This document shows positions 1 to 6,175 of a stretch of DNA of 11,958 nucleotides, in pieces. Source of the DNA: Elusimicrobiota bacterium (lineage in GTDB: Bacteria; Elusimicrobiota; Elusimicrobia; Elusimicrobiales; UBA9959). Every line of letters starts with the position of its first letter. Within the stretch, counting starts at the first letter, position 1. The position numbers and the translations under genes were made by a program. The stretch lies in contig DAIENX010000042.1 in NCBI GenBank assembly GCA_027340875.1, forward strand, positions 1 through 11,958, written 5' to 3'. Below the pieces are notes generated by a model. It worked only from the letters and a program-made list of their open reading frames with translations, did no database searches and was not told the DNA's origin.

Positions 1-2
1 AG

Positions 3-437
3 GAGAACCTGGTGGCCATACTGGAGCGCACCACTCCGGACCGCCGGGCCATGATGGCCCGGGTGGAAGCGCTGCTGGGCGAGTTCGGCCTGCTGAAGCT
101 AAGGGCGCAGAAGGCCTGGACGCTCTCCGGCGGCGAGAAGCGCCGCCTCGAGGTGGCAAGGGTGATGATAAACGACCCCAGGATCATCCTGCTCGACGAA
201 CCCTTCGTGGGCATAGACCCCATCACCGTCAGCGACCTGAAGAAGATCATCACCCACCTCAAGGACAAGGGCATAGGCGTGCTGATCACGGACCACAACG
301 TGCGCGAGACGCTGTCGATCACGGACCGCTCCTACCTTATCTACGGCGGGCAGATCCTGATAGACGGCGACGCGAACAAGCTGCTCAACGACCCCAAGGC
401 CCGCGAGCTCTACCTCGGCTGGGACTTCAAGCTCTGA
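3..437 (+). CDS. lptB: LPS export ABC transporter ATP-binding protein LptB, 5'-truncated by the window edge
   Basis: The frame is open from position 3 (ENLVAILE...). ABC signature LSGGEKRRLEVAR, Walker B/D-loop ILLDEPFVGIDP, H-loop LITDHNVRETL and C-terminal YLGxDFKL are all typical of LptB. Confidence 0.93.
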   Translation, partial: ENLVAILERTTPDRRAMMARVEALLGEFGLLKLRAQKAWTLSGGEKRRLEVARVMINDPRIILLDEPFVGIDPITVSDLKKIITHLKDKGIGVLITDHNVRETLSITDRSYLIYGGQILIDGDANKLLNDPKARELYLGWDFKL

Positions 438-441
438 TCAC

Positions 442-469
442 CGGCCGGCCCGAAAAAACGGCCCGGTCG
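442..469. terminator. Imperfect GC-rich hairpin just after the lptB stop; possible terminator or pause site
   Basis: CGGCCGGCCCG-AAAAAA-CGGCCCGGTCG forms an 11-bp stem with one G-T pair and one mismatch. The A6 run is in the loop and there is no flanking U-tract, so it is not a canonical intrinsic terminator. Confidence 0.3.
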
Positions 470-493
470 TCACCCCTCCAGTTGTTCCGGCGG

Positions 494-674
494 CCAAGGC
501 AGGCTGAATAACAGGAGCGGGTGACGACGGGTATGCCTCCGGAAGGCGTCACGGAGCCCCGAGCTTGCGCAGCGCGAGGGGCGAGTGACGAGGGGCGGGC
601 ACGGTGTGTCCCGACCCCGTGCCTGACGGAGGCATACCCTCGCCAGGACCCGCGAACTTGCAGGACTGCCTAGG
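494..674. repeat. Branched palindromic element, copy 1 (REP/MITE-like or structured RNA)
   Basis: Nested inverted repeats: AGGCAG 497-502/CTGCCT 666-671, GCGGGT 517-522/ACCCGC 648-653, and a perfect 13-bp GGGTATGCCTCCG 529-541/CGGAGGCATACCC 627-639. These enclose two hairpins (547-590 and 592-618). The core is homologous to 6054-6118 in the opposite orientation. Confidence 0.75.
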
Positions 675-1725
675 TGAACGTTTCCAGGTGGGTGTGAAGG
701 CCGTGGCGGCGGATGTGCCTCATCGCGGCGTCGTGCCGGGCCTCTGCGCGGGCGGTCTCGCCCGTAAGGTAGTAGAGCTGGGCCAGGGAGAGCAGTACCA
801 GGGCCTCGCCACGCGGCTCGGAGCGGCCCTTGAACAGCCTGGTCGCCTCGCGGTAGTTCTTCAGCGCGGCGGAGAGATCGCCGTTCTTCCTGTTTATCTC
901 CCCCATGCCCCATTCCACGAAGCCGAGGTCCGCCCAGTCGGAAAGCGAGGAATAGAGTCTATGAGCCCGCGTGTAGCCCGCATAGGCCTCCTCGAGACGG
1001 CCAAGCTGCCGCAGGACGTTCGAGGTCCCGCATTCCGCGTAGGCCTTCGCGAAAGTGTCGTCGGTGCCCGAGAAGAGCCGGCGGGCCCTGACGTAACAGT
1101 CCAGCGCGCGGCCCATACGGCCGGCGACGCGCAGTATTCCGCCCAGCCCGAAGAGCGCATATCCCGCCGCGGCTTCGTCCCCGTCCTTTTTAGCCGCCTT
1201 CAACGACGTCTCGAAGGCCTTTATCCCCTCGGCGTACCGGCCCTCGAGGCGGTAAAGCCCCCCAAGCGCCCAGAGCGCGAAGGCCTGCCCGGAAAGGTCC
1301 CCCGCGCGAAGATAGTCCTTGTACAGCCCCTCCAGCAGGCGGGCGGCCTCAGGGAGACGTCCCACGAGGCGGAGAGCCAGCGCCCACTCCAGCCTGGCGT
1401 CATCCTCGAACAGCTCCAGCTCCCTGGACACCGACAGGGCCCTTTTGGCCGCGGCGAACGCGCCCTTCTCGTTACCGAGGGCGCGGGAACAGCGCGCCTC
1501 GCCCAGGAGCACCTCGAGGCTGAGCTCCTTATCGTCCCTGGCAGCCTTCCTGGCGGCGGGGTATTCCTTCAACGCTGCCGCGAACAGGCCCAGCCCGCGC
1601 AGGGCCTCGGCCTTCATGAAGAGCATACGGGCCCGCCCGGGTCCGGCCACGGCGCGCTTCAGCGCCGCCAGTGCTTTTGCGAATTCACCCTTGTCCAGCA
1701 AAATCCCTATCTGTTCTATGGTCAT
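670..1725 (-). CDS. Tetratricopeptide repeat (TPR) protein, ~351 aa, no obvious signal peptide
   Basis: Repeated helical units such as AFALWALGGLYRLEGRYAEG, GYALFGLGGILRVAGRMGRA, AYAECGTSNVLRQLGRLEEA and GFVEWGMGEINRKNGDLSAA. The start is placed at ATG 1725 (MTIEQIG), which has an AGGAAG upstream and forms an ATGA overlap with the upstream stop, rather than at 1788. Confidence 0.85.
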   Translation of the reverse strand: MTIEQIGILLDKGEFAKALAALKRAVAGPGRARMLFMKAEALRGLGLFAAALKEYPAARKAARDDKELSLEVLLGEARCSRALGNEKGAFAAAKRALSVSRELELFEDDARLEWALALRLVGRLPEAARLLEGLYKDYLRAGDLSGQAFALWALGGLYRLEGRYAEGIKAFETSLKAAKKDGDEAAAGYALFGLGGILRVAGRMGRALDCYVRARRLFSGTDDTFAKAYAECGTSNVLRQLGRLEEAYAGYTRAHRLYSSLSDWADLGFVEWGMGEINRKNGDLSAALKNYREATRLFKGRSEPRGEALVLLSLAQLYYLTGETARAEARHDAAMRHIRRHGLHTHLETFT

Positions 1726-2507
1726 ATGATCTTCCTGCATACATTCCCGAGCGGGCACCTGGCGCAGAGCGGCTTCGATTTCCGGCAAAAGTCCTTGCCC
1801 AGCCTCACCAAAAGAGCGTGATACTCATTATACACTTTTACGTCGGGCGGCAGCAGCGCCTCGAACAGGGCTTTCCAGCCGTCGTAGGACAGCCCCCTGG
1901 CCAGCCCCGCGCGTTCGCCCATGCGGCGAGTATAGGCGTCTATAACGAAGGAGGGCTTTCCCGCCGCATAGAGGACCATCGAGTCCGCGGTCTCCGGGCC
2001 CACGCCCTTGTAGGAAAGCAGTTCCGCCCGCAGCGCGGAAGCAGAAGCCCGGCAGAACCACTTTTCAAATCCCTCCGGATGATCGCGAAGGGCCCGGCGG
2101 CAGAACTCCCTGAGCCGGCGGGCCTTCTGCCTGTAATAGCCGCTGCTGCGCACGGCCCGCTCCAGCCGCGGCAAGGGGCAGGACGCCATGGCCCGCGGCG
2201 ACATCAGGTCCGCCTCGCGCAGCGCCGCGAGCGCCTTCTCCACGTTGGTCCAGGCCGTGTTCTGGGTAAGGATGGCCCCGGCGCAGATCTCGAACATCGC
2301 CCGCTCCGTCAGGGGGCCGTAGAACCCCGGCAGATATACCGGCGCGGCCGCGCCGGCGGGCGTGACCGGCCACCAGCCCTGCGGGCCGAAGGCCTTGAGG
2401 AGCAGGACGTAGATACGCCTTATCAGTCCTTGGGAAGCAGCCGCTTTATCTCCCGGAGCAGGTCGTCCAGGTTGTACGGCTTCTTCATGAAGTTTCGCGC
2501 GCCGCAT
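1722..2507 (-). CDS. Endonuclease III-related HhH-GPD base-excision DNA repair protein with C-terminal 4Fe-4S motif (start uncertain: ATG 2507 or CTG 2426)
   Basis: Motifs FGPQGWWP, FEICAGAILTQNTAWTNVEKA, SSGYYRQKARRL, HhH GVGPETADS, catalytic-Asp region FVIDAYTRR, and C-x6-C-x2-C-x5-C (CRKSKPLCARCPLGNVC). Confidence 0.9.
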   Translation of the reverse strand: MRRAKLHEEAVQPGRPAPGDKAAASQGLIRRIYVLLLKAFGPQGWWPVTPAGAAAPVYLPGFYGPLTERAMFEICAGAILTQNTAWTNVEKALAALREADLMSPRAMASCPLPRLERAVRSSGYYRQKARRLREFCRRALRDHPEGFEKWFCRASASALRAELLSYKGVGPETADSMVLYAAGKPSFVIDAYTRRMGERAGLARGLSYDGWKALFEALLPPDVKVYNEYHALLVRLGKDFCRKSKPLCARCPLGNVCRKII

Positions 2508-2797
2508 TGCTTGGCCTTCTCTATGCTTTCAGGTGTATCCAGCGTGGAGATTATCAGTATCGGGGTATGCCGCATCAGATTGTCGCGCATAAGCGCGTTG
2601 CACACGTCGTAGCCGTTCAGTTTGGGGAGCAGGAGGTCCAGCAGTATCAGGTCGGGCTTCTCGCGGCGCGCCAGGGCCAGCCCTGAAACCCCGTCGGAGG
2701 CGTGCAGGACGCTGTAGCCCTCGGCGGCCAGCACTTCCTTAAGGACGCCCGAGGCCGCCTTGCTGTCCTCTATCATCACTATCTTGCGCTGCGTCAT
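2423..2797 (-). CDS. Single-domain (CheY-like) response regulator receiver protein, 124 aa
   Basis: IVMIED acidic pocket, KPDLILLDLLLPKLNG with the phospho-acceptor Asp, IIST, and FMKKP. ATG 2797 is preceded by GGAGGGGG and overlaps the upstream TGA. Confidence 0.92.
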   Translation of the reverse strand: MTQRKIVMIEDSKAASGVLKEVLAAEGYSVLHASDGVSGLALARREKPDLILLDLLLPKLNGYDVCNALMRDNLMRHTPILIISTLDTPESIEKAKQCGARNFMKKPYNLDDLLREIKRLLPKD

Positions 2798-3303
2798 CTG
2801 CCCCCCTCCCGGTACTTCGCCGCGAGCCGGATATAGGTCCGTTCGGACTTCCGCAGCCCCTCGCATTCCTCTTCTGTGAGCTGGCGCCTGACCTTGGCGG
2901 GAGCGCCCATGACCATGCTGCGCGGCGGCACCTTAGTGCCGGGAGTGACCACGGAACCTGCCGCTATCAGGCAATACTCTCCGACCTCGCATTCCATCAG
3001 GACCGCCCCCATGCCTATCAGGCAGTGGTTCCCGACCGACGATCCGTGCACTATGGCCGAATGCCCGACGGTGACGCCCTCGCCCACGAGCACGGGGCTT
3101 CCGGTATTGGGATGCAGCACCGCCAGGTCCTGTATGTTGGCACCGCGGCCTATCTCTATCCTGTCCACATCGCCGCGCACCACCGCTCCGGGCCAGACCG
3201 AGGCCTCCGCCCCTATCTTCACCCGCCCGATGATCTCGGCCGAGCGGTGCGCCCAGGCGGACACGTCCAGCTCCGGCGCGGTCCCGTCGAACTTCTCTAT
3301 CAT
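2794..3303 (-). CDS. Gamma carbonic anhydrase family (YrdA/CaiE/PaaY-like) left-handed beta-helix protein, 169 aa
   Basis: Hexapeptide repeats, VVRGDVDRIEIGRGANIQD, three metal-ligand His (VLH, VGH, IVHG) and GAPAKVRR. The real start is ATG 3303 (MIEKFDG). The longer 2794..4230 ORF is an out-of-frame extension over the upstream gene. Confidence 0.92.
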   Translation of the reverse strand: MIEKFDGTAPELDVSAWAHRSAEIIGRVKIGAEASVWPGAVVRGDVDRIEIGRGANIQDLAVLHPNTGSPVLVGEGVTVGHSAIVHGSSVGNHCLIGMGAVLMECEVGEYCLIAAGSVVTPGTKVPPRSMVMGAPAKVRRQLTEEECEGLRKSERTYIRLAAKYREGGR

Positions 3304-4361
3304 CTCTTCCCCTTCCCATGCCGCGAGTGTTCCCCGGCGGGAGGCGGCTCGGTGGCGTGCAGCGTCCAGTAGATGAAGATGCTGAGGAAAGCCGGCAACA
3401 GATAGTAGAACAGCCGGAACATCAGGCTGGCGGTAAGGGCCTCCGCCACCGGCACCCCCATGCCGGAGAAAGCCGCGGTCATCGCGGCCTCCATCGCCCC
3501 GAGGCCTCCCGGAAGTATCGGGATGATGGTCATCAACATGCCGAAAGCGAACCCCGCGATAAGCGTGCTGGCGCCCAGCGACACGCCGACGGCCTTGAAG
3601 CAGAAGTAGAGGATGAGTATATTGCTGAACCAGTCCGCGAACACGTAGGCCAGCACCTTGGAAAGCTCGAAGCGCCGGACCTCTATGGCCCGTATGCCCT
3701 CGTCCAGCTGCGCCTCGAACTTGTCGAAGTTCTCCCTGGGGATCTCCCGCCGGGAGAAGAGGTAGATGACGCGGTTGACCGCCACGAAGAGCTTGCGGCC
3801 CCAGACGGTGCGCAGCTCGTGATGGAAGAATAGGAGCGTGAGCGTGAACGCGAAGGCCAGGACGGCCACCACCCCGATTATCGCCGCCGTCATGTTGCGG
3901 TGGACGTCCGGGGTGTGCATGAACTGGAGCACGGCGCCCTGCACCACTATGAAGGCCAGCGCCAGGTAGATCAGCACCGTGATCACCACCGACGAGGTGA
4001 CGCTGGCCCCGTAGGGCACCCTGCGCTTGCCCAGCAGATGGGCCCTGGTGGCGAAGCCGCTGATGCCGCCGGAGGAGACGAAATAGTTGACCGTGGTGGA
4101 GACGAAGGCGATGCCGGCGACTTCCAGGAAAGGCAGCCCGATGCCCAGGATGCGCAGCACCTCCCAGAGGGAGAAGCCCATCAGCGTGTAGCTGCAGAAC
4201 GAGAAGAAAACGGAGAGCAGCAGCCACCACGGGTTGGAATTGCGCAGTGTGTGGGCCATCGCGCCCAGGTTGGGGTAGACCAGCCAGACCAGTATGCCCA
4301 CGGACAGGGCTACAGGGGCGTATAGGGCTAGTTTCTTCCTGGTCGGGACCGGCTCTTTCAT
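3300..4361 (-). CDS. Lysylphosphatidylglycerol synthase TM domain / UPF0104 (YbhN, MprF flippase-like) integral membrane protein
   Basis: About 8 hydrophobic segments, with family motifs NYFVSSGGISG, IPILPGGLGAME and ASLMFRLFYYLLP. Confidence 0.85.
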   Translation of the reverse strand: MKEPVPTRKKLALYAPVALSVGILVWLVYPNLGAMAHTLRNSNPWWLLLSVFFSFCSYTLMGFSLWEVLRILGIGLPFLEVAGIAFVSTTVNYFVSSGGISGFATRAHLLGKRRVPYGASVTSSVVITVLIYLALAFIVVQGAVLQFMHTPDVHRNMTAAIIGVVAVLAFAFTLTLLFFHHELRTVWGRKLFVAVNRVIYLFSRREIPRENFDKFEAQLDEGIRAIEVRRFELSKVLAYVFADWFSNILILYFCFKAVGVSLGASTLIAGFAFGMLMTIIPILPGGLGAMEAAMTAAFSGMGVPVAEALTASLMFRLFYYLLPAFLSIFIYWTLHATEPPPAGEHSRHGKGKR

Positions 4362-4391
4362 AATTTGATAAAATTAGTTTATCTTTTTATC
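4361..4391. promoter_or_regulatory. AT-rich divergent promoter region with an extended -10 for nadB and a palindromic operator candidate
   Basis: A conspicuous AT-rich island between two divergent starts 65 bp apart. The + strand has TGaTAAAAT (4366-4374), and the - strand has TAAACT and TAATTT hexamers. Palindrome GATAAA-N5-TTTATC spans 4367-4383. Confidence 0.6.
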
Positions 4392-4426
4392 GCGGCCCAA
4401 GAAAAGACCGCGGACCTGGCGGGAAC

Positions 4427-6133
4427 ATGTCGGTTCAAAAATTCGACTTTATCGTAGTGGGCAGCGGCGCCGCCGGACTTTCGGCCGCCCTCAAGCTGGC
4501 CGCCTCCGGCAGGGTGGCGATAATAACGAAGCGCGCCCCCGAGACCTCCAACAGCGCGCTCGCCCAAGGGGGCATAGCCGCCGTAACAGATCCGAAGGAC
4601 AGCTTCGCCCTGCATGCGGCGGATACGCTGCGCACCGGGGCCGGACTCTCCGACCCGGAGATAGTCCGGATGACCATAAGCGAGGCCCCGGCCAGGATAC
4701 GCGAGCTGGTAGAACTGGGCGCCAGGTTCAACAGGAAAGGCGGTGGTTTCGAGCTGGGCCTGGAGGGCGGCCATTCCCGCCGCCGCATCCTCCACGCGGC
4801 GGACGCCACCGGCTGGGAGATGGAGCGCGCGCTGCTGCAGGCCTGTCTCTCCGAAAGGAACATCACCTTCTTCCCCTATTTCCACGCCGTGGACCTGATA
4901 CTCCGCCACCGGCCGGCCAAGCGCAGGCCCGGCGCCAACCGCTGCCTGGGCGTCTACGCCCTCGAGCATTCCACCGGCAGGGTCCACAGCTTCCTCGGCG
5001 GCACCACGGTGCTGGCCTGCGGCGGCGCCGGGAAGGTGTATCTCTACACCTCGAATCCCGACGTCACCACCGGCGACGGCATGGCCATGGCCTACCGGGC
5101 CGGCCTCCCGCTGGTCAACATGGAGTTCGTCCAGTTCCACCCGACCTGTCTCTTCCACCCGCAGGCGAAATCCTTCCTTATCTCCGAGGCCCTGCGCGGC
5201 GAGGGCGGCATCCTGCGGGGCGCCGACGGCAAGGCCTTCATGTCCAGGTATTCGCGCCACCGCGAACTGGCCCCGCGCGACATAGTGGCCAGGGCCATAG
5301 ACTCGGAGCTCAAGCGCACCGGCGAGGACTGCGTCTTCCTGGACATGACCCACCTGAAGGCCGCGTTCCTCAAAAAGCGCTTCCCCACGATATACGCCAA
5401 ATGCCTGAGCCTCGGCATAGATATTACGCGCGACCCCATACCGGTAGTTCCCGCGGCGCATTTCTTCTGCGGCGGCGTAGGCGTGGACGACCGCGGCCGC
5501 ACCGCGATGCCCGGCCTCTTCGCCATAGGGGAGGTCTCCCATACCGGCCTGCACGGCGCCAACCGCCTGGCCTCCAACTCGCTGCTGGAGGCCTGCGTGT
5601 TCGCCCACCGCGCGGCCGCAGCCGCCGCGGCGGAGCATGAGCCGCTGCAGACGGGCGAGAAGCCCGCCCACTGGACCACCGGCAACGCGCGGCCTTCCGA
5701 CGAGGCCGTCGTCATCAAGCACAACTGGGACGAGATCCGCACGCTGATGTGGAACTACGTGGGCATTGTCCGCAGCGACAAGCGCCTCGCCAGGGCCGCC
5801 GCGCGCATGGAACTGATCTCCGGGGAGATCATCAAGTATTACTGGGATTTCCTGCCCACCCGAGACCTGCTTGAACTCAGGAACATCGCGTGCCTGGCGG
5901 AGGTCATAATACGCTCCGCCCGCCACCGCAGGGAGAGCCGCGGCCTGCACTACACCGTGGACTACCCCGCCCCCTCGCGCCGATTCCTGAAGCCTACCGT
6001 CGCCGACAGATATACCAGCGGCCTTTCTCCGGGACAGGGCCATAAAAAACAGCGTCGCGCACACCGTGCGCGCGCATCCGGCCCTCAGCCTCGGCGCTTG
6101 CGCAAGCCTCGGCTTCCGGGGCGGTTTTTCTGA
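4427..6133 (+). CDS. nadB: L-aspartate oxidase (NAD biosynthesis) with an atypical basic C-terminal tail
   Basis: FAD motif VVGSGAAGL, plus SNSALAQGGIAA, EGGHSRRRILHAADATG, TSNPDVTTGDG, EFVQFHPT, LISEALRGEG, ELAPRDIVAR, PAAHFFCGG, GLHGANRLASNSLLE and RESRGLHY. Confidence 0.96.
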   Translation: MSVQKFDFIVVGSGAAGLSAALKLAASGRVAIITKRAPETSNSALAQGGIAAVTDPKDSFALHAADTLRTGAGLSDPEIVRMTISEAPARIRELVELGARFNRKGGGFELGLEGGHSRRRILHAADATGWEMERALLQACLSERNITFFPYFHAVDLILRHRPAKRRPGANRCLGVYALEHSTGRVHSFLGGTTVLACGGAGKVYLYTSNPDVTTGDGMAMAYRAGLPLVNMEFVQFHPTCLFHPQAKSFLISEALRGEGGILRGADGKAFMSRYSRHRELAPRDIVARAIDSELKRTGEDCVFLDMTHLKAAFLKKRFPTIYAKCLSLGIDITRDPIPVVPAAHFFCGGVGVDDRGRTAMPGLFAIGEVSHTGLHGANRLASNSLLEACVFAHRAAAAAAAEHEPLQTGEKPAHWTTGNARPSDEAVVIKHNWDEIRTLMWNYVGIVRSDKRLARAAARMELISGEIIKYYWDFLPTRDLLELRNIACLAEVIIRSARHRRESRGLHYTVDYPAPSRRFLKPTVADRYTSGLSPGQGHKKQRRAHRARASGPQPRRLRKPRLPGRFF

Positions 6134-6150
6134 CCCTGTCCCGGAGAAAG
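6023..6150. repeat. Branched palindromic element, copy 2 (MITE/REP-like), overlapping the 3' end of nadB
   Basis: Perfect 17-bp terminal inverted repeat CTTTCTCCGGGACAGGG (6023-6039)/CCCTGTCCCGGAGAAAG (6134-6150). The stem continues inward via an A-tract/T-tract and encloses two hairpins homologous to those of 494-674. Confidence 0.8.
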
Positions 6151-6175
6151 ACGACAGGCTCACCGGCACACGAGT

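Noticed and set aside
1..14. AGGAG followed by GTG at 12 as the lptB start
   Set aside because: The frame is open to the window edge and the product would lack Walker A and the Q-loop, so the gene starts upstream.
535..552. CCGGAAGG resembling the SRP RNA (ffs) tetraloop
   Set aside because: The flanking conserved CAGG and AGCAG internal-loop motifs are absent.
494..674. tRNA, CRISPR array or autonomous IS interpretation of the palindromic elements
   Set aside because: There is no cloverleaf or T-loop consensus, no regularly spaced direct repeats and no transposase ORF in the window.
470..913. 147-aa minus-strand ORF crossing the palindromic element
   Set aside because: It overlaps the TPR gene out of frame, has a low-complexity Arg/Pro composition and shows no family features.
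604..2612. Long plus-strand ORFs 604..1821 and 1671..2612
   Set aside because: They are antisense to the TPR, glycosylase and receiver genes, which have clear motifs and coupled junctions.
3304..4230. Apparent 309-aa N-terminal extension of the gamma-CA (ORF 2794..4230), or a frameshift fusion
   Set aside because: It is an Arg/Gly/His-rich off-frame reading of the membrane protein gene. The gamma-CA has its own RBS and ATG at 3303.
4365..4378. FNR/CRP-like site starting TTGAT
   Set aside because: The second half-site (TTAGT) does not match ATCAA, so it is too weak to call.
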